A stretch of DNA of 64,000 nt from the NCBI GenBank assembly GCA_046563655.1, contig CM102286.1:1178001-1242000 (forward strand), given 5' to 3'. Shown here in pieces: positions 24,594 to 37,305 of the stretch. The first letter of the stretch is position 1. Every line of letters starts with the position of its first letter. The translations under genes were made by a program, and so were the position numbers. The notes beneath the pieces are model-generated. The model did not search any database. It was given only the letters and a program-made list of their open reading frames with translations, and had not been told where the DNA came from. The stretch comes from Yuukianura sp. NJ FZ-2021 (lineage: Eukaryota).

Positions 24594-25871
24594 CTACTCA
24601 AATAGAAGTAGAAGTGTAAAAATGTAGTCAACTATTCTTTGGTTTACGGTACCTAACATTCCTAGATCTGCGTAATTCAACGGTCCACAAGCAAACTTGC
24701 ATGGCTGAAGAGAAATTACAGTTTTGTAAATTTGAGTGTGACGTCGAAATCCATAGGCTTTGAGACGATCAATGTTGGATATGGACATCGAGTAGAATTT
24801 CCCGGCTTCGTATAGACAGTAATTCAGGAATAGCAGAAGAAAAGTAACAGTTATCATCCCAATAAAAAATGTGAGCGACATTGTATGCGTTAAGCATAAG
24901 GTGAATACGGAGGCACATCCCCCTGCGGCAAGAAATGCATAAGACCCAAACGGTAACTTTATGAACTCACTCCAAATCTGTACACCAAGTTTCACTTTGG
25001 TATAATAGTCTACCTGTCGCTTCGCACTACTCTGTTTCCTTTTTACTTCCAGCTTACCTTTGGTTAACCAACAATATACGACATTCGTAGTTCCCAGCGT
25101 TATGACAACATACAGTATAAATTTGTACATTGTTAGTTGACTTTGGAAACATACATATAAATACAGTACTACAATAATCGAAATGAAAATGACGTAGAAA
25201 TGATCATGCTCCGCGTCAACATTCAATACTTTGTAGGTCACTCCCAGTAAGGTTTTCAAAAGGATGTACACGTCCACTGCCAACAATAGCGGCATAATCA
25301 TGCCGCATGCCGGAAATATTATTTTCAGTGCATGATAGCACGGTCCTGCGAGAAAATTGCTAATGCGCATTGAACGTTTTGCAACATGAAGTGAATCCGC
25401 TAAAAAAGCGAGAGTAAAAATAAGTTTTAGTATTACAAAAAAAGTGATACCCGAGTGAGGTCTAAACGACGTGAAATAGGGTATTACAGAATATTAGGTA
25501 CCTGACTGTTGACTTTTGGCTGGTTTTGTATACTTTGTTAACATATTGAGTAACTGGAGACATTCTGTGTCGTAGTTGAGCATGTTGTAGTCTAGTACAA
25601 CATTGTGTAGCATAACGAGGGCAATCGATGCCAATCCAAGTGTAAGAACAAGGTTTAAGCCAAATGCATAGTTGACGATTCCAAAAAAAACACAAGCGAG
25701 GAAATTAACTACATCACCCCAGAGAATTGCTTTGGCCAACCAGTAGTATTTTGGAGGATATTTACGTACAAACGTCTTCGTACTTGCTTCCCAGCACAAT
25801 GGGGTTTGATACGTCTTATGCGCATGCTCAATAGCCAAAATCATGTATTTCAACCACCCTTGTATTTCCAT
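24594..25871 (-). CDS. Chemoreceptor-like protein, array copy 5
   Basis: Exons 25871 (or 25880)-25502 and 25399-24594; paralogous. Confidence 0.7.
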
Positions 25872-26586
25872 TCGGTGCATTTTCCAGCAATTCTTGTTTG
25901 TCGGTAGTGTTAGCCAGCAGTAGTTGTCAACTGAGCTTATTTTTCCTGGTGTATGTAAAAAATATTTTTTGTTTCAAATGAGAGTTTAGTCCGCCTTTCC
26001 ATTATATGTAGAACCGCTTCGCCTAAAAGTTTTTAATAATTACTTTCCGTCGATTGGAAAATGCCTTAGAGATTGTGGAAATTGATATTTGAAATGGAAA
26101 TATTTCTGCTTTTATTACTTATTACCGTTCTTTAAAAATCGTGAAATTTTAAAGCATAGTGACTTATTGGAATCCAAGAAAACAATTTTTTTTTCAAAAA
26201 CACCAGTTTTATATTGATTTATCATTTCGACTCATTTAGAGTAGTTAGGTCACAATTTTGACAAGGGGACATGGGCCCTTCACTGCTGAAAGCTAAAGTA
26301 CTTACGGATTTTCACCTCAGAATCTTAAGTTTCTTGGTTTTTTTTTCTAAAATTTTCTGCTAAAGTTTTTTTCCTACTTAGTAGCACAACTATTAGTACT
26401 TTGCACAACTGCTTCACTTCGCTGTGCCATTTTTTAATCATTATTAACGCAAATTTTCTAATAGTACAGCGTAGTTAGTTAGTACACCTTCCCTTAATAG
26501 CACACCGACTCCTCATTATGCGGAAGTTAAAAACAAAATTAGTATGCCGGGTGTACTATTTGGAGATTTACGGTATTCTGTTAAGC

Positions 26587-27862
26587 TTACTTAAATATAA
26601 TTAGAAGTGTAAATATGTAGTTAACTATTCCTTCGTTTACTGTCAGTAACATTCCTTGATCTGCGTAGTTCAATGGCCCACAGCAAAATTTGCATGGTTG
26701 AAGAGAAATTACGGTTTTGTAAATTTGAGTGTCACGTGGAAATCCATAGGTTTTGAGCCAATTAATGGTGGATTTGGACATCGAATAGAAATTTGCTGCA
26801 TTGTATAGACAGAAATTCTGAAATACCAGCAGACTTGTAACACTTATCATCCCAACCAAAAATGTGACCGACGTTGTATGCCTGAAACATAATGTGAACC
26901 CAGTGGCACATCCCGCTGAAGCAACGAATGTGTGACACCCAAATGGCAACTTTATGAACTCACTCCAGAGCTGTACACAGAGTTTTATCTTTGCATAATA
27001 GTTGACCTGTTCATGCGCACAACTCTGTTTCCTTTTTACGTCCAACTGACCTTTGGTTAACCAACAATATACGACATTGGTAGTTGCCAGCGTTATGACT
27101 AAATACATTATAAATTTGTACATTGTTAGCCAACTTTGGAAACATACATATAAATAGAGTACTACGAGAATCAAAATAACAATGACAAAGAAGTGGTCCT
27201 GCTCTGTGTCAACATTCAATACTTTGTACATGACTTCCAGGATGGCTTTGAAAAGGATGTACATGTCGACTGACAACAACAGCGGCGCAATCATGCCGCA
27301 TGCCGGAAATATAATTTTGAGTGCAATGCAGCATGGTCCTGCCAGGAGATTACTAAGGCGCATTTCAACATTTGGAACATACAGTGGATCTTCTGAAAGA
27401 AAAACGACAGCAAAGATACAGTATAGATTATAAAATGATACCGGAGTGAGGTCTATACGCTAGGAAATAGCGTATTAATGAAATTTTTGTACCTGACTCG
27501 TGTACTTTAGCTTGTTTTGTATTCTTTGTTAACATGTTGAGTACCTGGAGACATTCTGTATTGTTGTTGACCATGCTGGTGTCCAGTACAACGTTTTGTA
27601 GCATAATGACTGCATATGATGTTACTGCAAGTGTAACAACAACGCTCAATCCAAATGCGTAGTTGGCAATTCCCATAAAAATGCAAGCGAGGAAATTGAA
27701 AACATCACCCAAGAGAATTGCTTTAGCCCACCAGTAGTATTTTGAAGAATAATGAAATACAAACGTCTTTTTATTTGCGTCCCAACACACTGGAGTTTGA
27801 TAAGTCCTATGCGCATGCTCAATACCAAGAATCAAGTATTTCAACCAGTCTGGGATCTCCAT
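26587..27862 (-). CDS. Chemoreceptor-like protein, array copy 6
   Basis: Exons 27862-27493 and 27392-26587; closest to copy 7. Confidence 0.7.
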
Positions 27863-29210
27863 TGGTAGAATTTTTTTTTCGCAAGCTGAAGTTGCCAACT
27901 AAAGTTGTTTGTCTTGTTATAAGTAGAGAGTTTCGTATACATTCACTATTCGTGAGTCAGCTTGGCAACTAACGTTGTTTCTACCTGGAACTTTCTGCTA
28001 TCGTAGAAACACCTTTTTTTCTGTCAATGTTAGTGAAAATTGGTTCCGCCTTTCCATTGTAATAAAACCTGAGCGTGTGGGTTATTCCGTAAGATAATAT
28101 GTGCGTAAGATAATGGATTCGGTATTAAAAAGTTACAGACGTATTTAACATCTCTTTTACGATCACAGTTATATACGATATTGATACATTTTTGTAATGC
28201 ATAGAAAATGATTGTGGTCTGGTTGATTTGTGATCTGCCTTTGATTCACTTTAGAAGTAACTCAAATGCTTCAATAAAACGAGACGTCAAGCTCAAAGTG
28301 ACCTTTGACCTTGGCGTGGACAAGCCTTGGCTTATCCTGGACTTGTCTCCGGAGGCTTGTACTAAAGAAAGAGACTGTCCAACTACTACCAACAACTCCT
28401 GTTCGTACTACCTCATGTGTGGACAATTGTCATCAATTCAAAATTTTACATTTGAACAACTAAAGTACTCATGAAATTGAACCTTTTGGGTGTTTTGTGA
28501 TTTTGGTGCCTAACCTAGCCTAACCTTTCTAGAATAGCTTTTTGTTTACAGTACTGACCAAGTCGCAAACAAGGTTGGTGAATTTCGACTACTTCTGTTT
28601 ATTTTATACATACTTAACTTCAACGTATTTCTTGTAAACAGTATTCAGTTTAAATTATAAAAGACAAAGACGGTCGTCTAGATTTTGTTCGTGTTTACCT
28701 TCACGAGTTCATACAAATTTCATATCCTAAACACGAACTTGTTGAAGCACAGAAAGATGTTTTTTTGAAAAACAATAACTTTAAAAGTACTTATCATTCC
28801 AAATCGTTTTGGTTATTTTCTTTTCGAGAACAAAATAAAAAAAAATTGTTGCTAAGAAGGATTCCAACTTAACCATCCAGTAGATCACTTTTATTCCAAA
28901 AATTTTTGATACATAAATGTCATCAAAACAATGTCACTATGTAGTAATTATTTGTGAAATCGACAATTCGCATTTCCCGCTAATTTTTCCGATTCGAATG
29001 AAAATTTGGGGAATGGTAGTCTCCTACGGGTTAAGAAATCCATATTTTTTAAAATTGTCAAATTCTTATTATAACTCATGTTAATTGAAGTTTCAGAAAA
29101 AAATTACACGACGGTTTTTGCCGTTCTTAAATAAAGGATGAAAGGGATTAGAAGAAGGATGTTGAGGTTAAATAATTGGTACTATTTGGATATTTATGGT
29201 AAGCTGTGCG

Positions 29211-30489
29211 TTACTTAAATATAATTAGAAGTGTAAATGTGTAGTTAACTATTACTCCGTTTACTGTTAGTAACATTCCTTGATCTGCGTAGTTCAGCGG
29301 TCCACAGCAAAATTTACATGGCTGAAGAGAAGTTGCGGTTTTGTAAATTTGAGTGTCACGTGGAAATCCGTAGGTTTTGAGATAATCAATGGTGGATTTG
29401 GACATCGAGTAGAAATTTGCTGCACGGTATAGACAGAAATTCTGAAATACCAACAGACTTGTAACACTTATCATCCCAACAAAAAATGCCACCGACGTTG
29501 TATGCTTGAAACATAATGTGAACCCAGTGGCACATCCCGCTGAAGCAACGAATGTATAACACCCGAACGGCAACTTTATGAACTCACTCCAGAGCTGTAC
29601 GCAGAGTTTTGTCTTTGTGTAATACTTTACCTGCCCCTCCGCACTACTCTCCTTCCTTTTTACTTCCAGTTGACTTTTGCTTAACCAACAAAATACGACA
29701 TCTCCAGTTGCCAGCGTTATGACTAAATACATTATAAATTTGTACATTGTTAGCCTACTTTGGAAACAGACATATAAATAGAGTACTACGAGAATCAAAA
29801 TAACAATGACAAAGAAGTGGTCCTGCTCTGTGTCAACATTCAATACTTTGAACATGACTTCGAGTAAGGCTTTGAAAAGGATGTACATTTCAGCTGACAA
29901 CAATAGAGGCGCAATCATGCCGCATGCTGGAAATATAATTTTTAGTGCAATACAGCACGGTCCTGCGAGGAGATTGCTAATCCGCATTTCAGCATTTGGA
30001 ACATAGAGTGGTTCTTCTAAAAGAAAAACGACAGCAAAAATAAGATTCACATAATAAAATAATATCCGAGTGAGGTCTATACGCCGGGAAATAGAGTATT
30101 AAAGAAAGTTTCGTACCTGACCCGCCGTGTCCTTTAGCTTGTTTTGTACTCTTCGTTAACATGTTGAGTACCTGGAGACATTCTGTATTGTTGTTGACCA
30201 TGCTGGTGTCCAGTACAACGTTTTGTAGCATAATGACTGCATATGATGTTACTGCAAGTGTAACAACAACGCTAAATCCAAATGCGTAGTTGGCAATTCC
30301 CATAAAAATGCAGGCGAAGAAATTGAGAACATCGCCCCAGAAAATTGCAGTGGCCCACCAGTAGTATCTTTTGTGATATTTAAGTACAAACGTCTTTGTA
30401 CTTGTGTCCCAACACACTGGAGTTTGATATGTCTTATGCGCATGCTCAATAGCCAAAATAAGATATTTCAACCAGTCTGGAATCTCCAT
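29211..30489 (-). CDS. Chemoreceptor-like protein, array copy 7
   Basis: Exons 30489-30117 and 30016-29211; closest to copy 6. Confidence 0.7.
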
Positions 30490-31489
30490 TTCTTCCAAAT
30501 TCCGGCAATTGTTTTCGCGAACCGCGGTTGTCAAATGACTTAGTTTTTCCTGTTAGAAGTAGAAAATTTTGTTTATTTCAAAGTGTAAGCTGGAGTTGAC
30601 TCCGCCTTTCCATTTTATATAATACCTCTTTACATACAAGTTTTAAAAAATTTACTGTTATTTGAGTGCAAATGTTTTAGAAACTTTGGAAATGGAAATT
30701 TGAAATGCATATGGAAATTTTTCGATTTTTATTGACTAATACATTTACATAGCGCATTTAAGCAAAGGAAAGACGGCCGCCTAATTTTTTTCGGTGCACA
30801 TCTTTACGAGGTCATCAAAATTTGTCAATTTTCAAAAAAAAAATGGACTCGTTAGTCCATATTCCAAAGAATTTTTTTCTAAATTTAAAAAAAAAATGAC
30901 TGCAACATAATAGTACCTGAGGTTTCCAGCAGAAAATTTTCATCCCAAATTATTTGGTGCTTAGATTAGCTTTTGAACTTCTTTTTAATTTCGATGTTTT
31001 TTTTTGTCTACTTTTTTCTTGCAATGTTTTGTTGCCAGCAGTCTTCGCGGGTTAGGTTGTCAACTGACGTTATTTTTGGTTTAAATTTTCTGCTGCACCT
31101 AGAAGTACTTTTTCTTTATCAATGTAAGTGAAAATTGGTTCCGCCTTTCCATTGTATATAAAACCGAAGTGTGGGGGTTCTTACATGTAAGATTATGCAC
31201 TTGGAATTGAAAATTTGCAGACGTTTTTGCAATTTCTTTTATCAGATCGCAAATGCTTCCAAATTTTTAATTTTCAAAATCAAATCATTTACTAATTTAT
31301 CAGATCGCAATTTTGTGAATTAAGACTTTTGTATCTTTACAGAAGTATTCTTTTTCTTCTTGATGTTTCAATGACTCAATGTCAAAGTTTTCATCATACC
31401 AATTTTATTTATAAATTTTTGGATGCATAAATATTGAAAACTACGTCACTTAACCCTTTTAACTTTTAGTAAAGAAGTTAAACTCGAAC

Positions 31490-32784
31490 TTATCTAAAAG
31501 TAAGCAGTAAATTCATTGTAGTTTCAGTAATTACAGACCCGTATGTTCTTAAACAAAAGTTTCTACAACTAACAGTCATTACGGAACCAACGCTAAAAAC
31601 AATTGGTTTGCAAGATTTATAAAATTTGTTGCTAATAGTTTTCTTAGAAAATCGTAAACACTGACTTCTAATATACTTTTCCGAAATTACTCTTATTTTG
31701 ATAGCAAAATTCAAAAAAATGAAACTCAAAATTGTCAGGCTTGCTCCAAATCCTATGAAAAAAGTTAGAACAAGATGGTTTAGGTCACCCCAGTGTTTAA
31801 CTAAAGTAAAAGTCAATGAAATTGAAATCAATAGAATAGAAAAGTAGGAAACTGCAACCCAAACTGAAAAAACATCTTCCGCAGCGGCATGTAAAACTTC
31901 AAATTTCCGGTATAGTAGTTTCTCATGTTTTTGATTTCGAAACCAATATTTTGAATTCACCACAAACCTAAAACAAAGTTTTTTTTTTTTAAACTGTCGA
32001 TATATTTTTTAAAAGATTTTTCGATTACCTCTGCAATGCTGTCAACCACACCCAATGATCATATGCATGAATCAAAATTATACTAAAAAATAATCCGGTC
32101 CAGAATGCCGCTACGTTTATAGAAGACAATAGCAAAATGGCGGCAAAAATTTCAAAAATGATTTGATCCGGAACAACTTTGTGCAAAATAGCTTTGAAAT
32201 GTTCCGTGACATAAAAATTGTTTACGTCCATTATGATTAGTACAACGGGCAAAGTTAAGATAACTATTTTACAAAAAGCAACCAGTATCCACAGTATTTT
32301 TTCTACAAACCGGTCACTGTCCAATCTTCCAACATTCAACAAAGATCCTGTAAAATAAAAAGAAGTTTTTGCCATAAAGCTACTCCTCAAAACAAAATTT
32401 CAAAATTTTGAAAATTTGTTAAAACTTACTTGCAAGTGAATTAAGCTTTAGGTGATTTTCGATAACTTTTTTGAGGTCATCTGCTCTGCCCATGACCAAA
32501 CTCTGCGTGTATTTGATATGAACTAATACACATGTACAAGCAATGGAAAATGCTAATGCTGCAGGATTACTGAATTCTTGGAAAATTAGAATCACTTGGA
32601 TTAGTATGGTCACGTAAACTATCAATCCAGACAAATTATTCAAAAAACGAGTCAATTTTAACACTTTTTTGTTTGAACAATACGCCAAGCTCCAATGTGG
32701 ATTCAAAAACTGGAATTCAAATGGACAAATTTTGAAATAATTTGCTATTGAAACATAGCTCGCTACGCAACTAAGGTCCATCAT
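31490..32784 (-). CDS. Divergent three-exon chemoreceptor-like multi-TM protein
   Basis: Exons approx. 32784-32430, 32347-32029 and 31967-31490 with GT-AG junctions. Hydrophobic, ending KSCKPIVFSVGS...TETTMNLLL, which has the same general pattern as the array copies. The start codon is uncertain. Confidence 0.6.
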
Positions 32785-33935
32785 GGCCAGAATTTGGTTT
32801 TTGAATACATCAAATTTTTTGCCAAAATAAAGTTTTCCTTTTTGCAAGGCTGTCCAATAAACCATGTTGAATGTTTTTGGCATATTTGTAGAGAAAAGAC
32901 ATAAAAAGAGGCTGAACAAGCAGTAAGAACGAAGTATTTTTTTTTTAAATTCGGGAAACTGGCAAAGCCCAATTTTTTTTTAATTCTAAGTGAAATATGT
33001 GCCAAAAAGTAGTTTTTTTTCAAATTACATTTTCTACTGAAATAAAAACACCATTTTTGCCATGTTTTACTGCTAATGTTTCATAAAAACTGTTAACAGA
33101 TTTTTCTTATCAATTGTTGCTCGAAGTTGTAAAAACGTGTTCTTTTTTGAAAATTTTTTTCAATGTAGAAACACCGACTTTGGCAAATGTGATATTATAT
33201 CAAAAAAAAATTGATAGACATGATGTAAATCATGTATTTTTTAGTTATTTTAAATGAAGCTGCTTTTTGAATTTTAAATGCAGATTTGTCTTTCTGGCCA
33301 ATTAAAAGTGTTTATGAAATTTAAAATTCTGTTTTAAATGTGACTTTCTGCTTTTCGACAAACGGCCCACATAGCCACAGAATTTTGGGAGTTTGTTGGG
33401 CCAAATAAAATTTTAGATGTTTGGGAAAAAAAGTGTTTTGTATTCAATCCCAAGTGCGGCCCGAGTGGGACTTCCCACACTTCTCCCAACAATGTGTGAA
33501 GTTGGTCCAGTACAGTGCCACACTTCACAACTCATCTCTGGCCCTTATCCGGATTTGAGATGAGGCCCTAATATTGAAAAAATATTCGTCCGGACTTAGG
33601 TCCCTTTAATATTTGTTGATGTGGCCCATTAAATTTTTATCTTTTGGGCCAATTATTGTCTTTTCGCATATCAAAATAAATAATTGATACTCGCAGGAAA
33701 ATTTTACATGGAGATACTTTTATTTCACAATAATGTAATAAATGGGATAAAGACATAATTAATTCGTGTTCTTGAGTTCTTATGGCTAGGCAACATAACA
33801 CATTTTCTGTTTAACATACTTAAAGTACCTGTGCCTAGCTTTTTAAATCCAGCGACTTTGAAAATCTCTAACTCAGAACTTTTTACAGAATAATTTTAAA
33901 AATTTTTAGCAATTGCTAACTTATAGTGTATTATA

Positions 33936-34141
33936 CAGTGAGTGCCACGAAAACCTGCACACCCCAAATTTGCTTCCCTGGCAACAACTAAAATTATGGA
34001 GGCGAAAACGTAACTTTTGCTCTGACAACCTTGATTCTGTTGCAAAACTATCATTTCGGCTGTTTTCATTTTCCCCCCACAATTTAGCAAAATAAACAAA
34101 AAACTGCTTTTGAGGTGTGCAGGTTTTCGTGGCACTCACTG
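33936..34141. mobile_element. Tc1/mariner-type MITE nested inside the EnSpm-like element
   Basis: TA-CAGTGAGTGCCACGAAAACCTGCACACC ... GGTGTGCAGGTTTTCGTGGCACTCACTG-TA: 28-bp perfect TIR with TA TSD. Confidence 0.9.
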
Positions 34142-34389
34142 TATATGTAATTGGAATTACTTTAAACCTCGAAATTCTTCCACAAATCCGGCAAACTCAG
34201 CCCATGTTGCAATGATGCATGCAGAGGTAATTACTTCAATGTTTCCAGTGAGGGAAGTTTCTGTAAATACAATCGGGTTTAGTTATTAGACAATTCTTGC
34301 AGCAAAGGATATAATATTTCGGACGAATTCGGAGTTAATTGTGATATCAAACAAAATACATTTATGATATTTCCTTTTGTCACCTTGTT

Positions 34390-34805
34390 CTGGTTCCTCT
34401 AAACTTGTATGTGGTCCACGATTACGAATATCGTTTTCGATATCACTGCGTTCACTTAAAAGTCATCCGTTTCGAGCGCTCGCTTTGCCAAACGGACTGC
34501 TTCTTTCCTGGTTTCTAAAAAAAAGTGACACAACTGATTAGTTATTGCTGAATATTTACATTTAACATTAAATCTAAATAACCCTGTTGAAAAGTATAAA
34601 AATTGTACTTACTGCCTCCTGTTAGTTCAATACAAGGATGTACTGGCCATGAATCCAATGGAAGAGCGCACTTCTTTATCAATTGCTGAGCAGTTGGACC
34701 AGTTGGAAAGCGGCACAAGGTTCTGTCGTCTGACAACCAGCTAGAAGGAACTGCTTCCACCACATTTTCTAACGGAAAACTGACAACCGAATATAATCGA
34801 TCCAT
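34390..34805 (-). pseudogene. Decayed transposon accessory gene fragment (resembles the N-terminus of DUF4806-type proteins)
   Basis: MDRLYSVVSFPLENVVEAVPSSWLSDDRTLCRFPTG...IKKCALPLDSWPVHPC, then a second exon ETRKEAVRLAKRALETDDF that is interrupted by a stop/frameshift. Family recognised from memory of the V.F....VEAVP..W....C..P pattern. Confidence 0.5.
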
Positions 34806-35282
34806 GACTGTTAGACTAAAGAATCTACCAAAAACACTGAAATGAGCTCCTAACGGAAAAAGTTTGGAGTGTGAGCACGAGGAAGGTGGATGTTGCGTCA
34901 TCTCTGCATTTCATTTTTTGGTGATTCCCGCACTTGGCCCAAACAAGTGTCATTTCACTCAAAAAATATCGGCATAGTTTAAATGGCCCAAACTTCCCAT
35001 GCCGTAATACACCCAGGAGTACTCACACCAAACTTGGGCCAAATACTAGTTTTGGAATATAACCCAGAACAGTATTTACCAGACAAATATCGCAAGTGGC
35101 CCATACTAGTTCGCAAATTTTCTCCCAAAATATCGAATGATCCCAGACTTGTAAATGGCCCGGACATTATCCGGTTAAAAATGTCCTCAAATATCCGTAA
35201 AAGTTATTTCCCCGAACAATACTATATTTCCCAAAACTCTCCCAAATTATGCTGGCTATGTGGGGGTGTTATATTTTACAGT

Positions 35283-37063
35283 TTAGCGCGGCAGTTCTAT
35301 GCTCAGATCGGCTAAGACATAGGCACTCACTGCCCAAACGGCGGTGCAGAAGTCCAACTCACGTGAATTTTCAACTGTCATTGTATCTCCCTCTGTATGA
35401 TGAAAGTAGTAGTAATTGGAGGCTTCGGCGTTTAGAGAAATCGAGGGAATTCCAATGTCAATGATTTTTTGTAAGTCCGTTTCGTCTCCTGCATTTGGTT
35501 TTCTAAGCCGAGTGGCCTTGATCGGTTTCAAAAGTTTCAAAATTTCCCGCACAATGCAACCAGCTTCGTTTTTCCCCAAAAGTCAAATCCAAGGGGCCGG
35601 TTTGTTCCAGTGTCGGATGATAAAACAGTTTTGATATTGTCCAACTCTTTTGCATGTTTGGCCAAATACGATATCATGCCCTGGTACAAGCCTACCTCAT
35701 CACCAGTTGTCAAAAGAGCGCGAATTGTGCGCCGCGGTTGCAAGTTCAAAAATTTTAAAACCGCCAAAGCCTCTTTTGCTATCATAACACCGCCGCCGTC
35801 ATCCATCGCTCCTTGTCCTACGTCCCAACTATAAAAATTCCACTTTTTCAATTTAAGTTTAATTTTTTGAAAACTTTTTTGAACAAAAAAGCGTACGAAT
35901 CTATATGTCCAGTGAGGATAACAAAGTCTTTGGGTAACTCGCTTCCTTTGATGTCACCAATTGCATTTCTGGAGGTCACAGGAGGAAGATTTTTGGCGCC
36001 CATTTTTAAGTTGACTACAATGTTCCAACCTTGAAGTTTGTCAAAATTTAAAACCAGAGTAAGTTTGCTTGAAAATTGCTTTTTTTCTGAAAACTTTTCA
36101 AGTTTACCGCGCTTTTGCATCCGGTCCATCATTTCAACGTCTTCAACAGTGATACAAGCTACCGGAATTTTCGTTACGTTTTCAATGTAGGTTTGGTAAC
36201 CAGTGTGGGGACTGTAAATAGATAACGGTGTAACCGACCGGATTAAGGCCGCGACGGCACCGAATTTTGCTGCTTCAGAGGCGCCATTCAGGCGGTAAAG
36301 TGCAGCTGTGGCGTCATAACCCTCATAGCGTTGATTAAAAACAACTATTTTGCCAGGAACCTCATTTAAATCAACCAGAAATGTCAGAAATGTCAGAATT
36401 TGTTAGAATTTAGAAATTAAAATTTCGACAAAATTGTTCAGAAAAATCTCTCATTTTTGCTAAAAGTTAGGTTTCAAATTTTTTTAAGCAGACTCACTTC
36501 ATTTGCTCGTGCTTTTAGCTCATCAAAAGTTTTGACTACGATGACGTTAGCCTGAACTCCCTTAGGCGGTGTTCCGATTGACGATCCAAGTCCAAGTATT
36601 GCCAATTTCTTTTTTCGCGGCAAAATCATCTCGGCACTTTCCTTACCTCTGTTGCAAATTTCAAAAAAACTTCAAAATTTCTACTTTCTATAGTTTTAGT
36701 TTATGAAATTTACCTAACCCAATGTGAAACAGTTACATCTTCGCTTCCAACATTTTCTAGTCCATCTTTTCTCATTTTTTCCAACATAAAGTCAATTGCT
36801 TTTTCTAAACTTTCTGATCCGACTTCTCTGCTTCCAAATTTGTCTGCCATGTAACTGAGTTCGTCGTACGTTTTTCCTTTAAAAGATCCTCGTAAAACTT
36901 CATCTATAATTTGATTTGCAATTCCCTGGTAAGAAGCAATTTCTAGCTTTAGTATGGGTGACAAAAAGCAATAATGCGATGGACCCAGTAAACCCCCAAC
37001 TGCAATTTCAAAAGTTAGCACCAAAACTATCCATGCACCAGAAATCGCCACCATTTTGACCAT
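35283..37063 (-). pseudogene. CPQ: Carboxypeptidase Q (M28) paralog 1 with a 1-nt frameshift (pseudogene or assembly error)
   Basis: Five exons with [38 protein letters not shown] and YFHHTEGDTMT. One base is missing at about 35575 (TTTTGGGGAAAAAC, 14 nt versus 15 in the paralogs), and the EE motif reads GDE. Confidence 0.75.
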
Positions 37064-37305
37064 TCTGAAAATTTTACACGTTTTTAAGAATTTTAGAAAA
37101 AAAGTGGAAGACTTGCTTTGTTATGTCAATCACAATGTCACGAATGTTCGTATTTTGTTGAAAAAAATTAGAACGGGGTCTGTCGTATTATAAAACTTTT
37201 ATGTCATACATCAAAAGTCTCAAAATTGTGAGTTCAAAAACTCCAATGAATTAGCCATTTTTTTTTTCAAAAATTTTTCTTTATGAAAATTTTAAAGAAA
37301 AAATG

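Larger units (their letters stand above)
33366..35264. mobile_element. Non-autonomous CMC/EnSpm-like DNA transposon (1.9 kb)
   Basis: Termini CCCACATAGCCA ... TGGCTATGTGGG form a 12-bp perfect TIR with imperfect extension to about 35 bp, and GG is duplicated on both sides (2-bp TSD). Subterminal GGCCC-rich motifs and a decayed internal gene are present. Confidence 0.75.
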
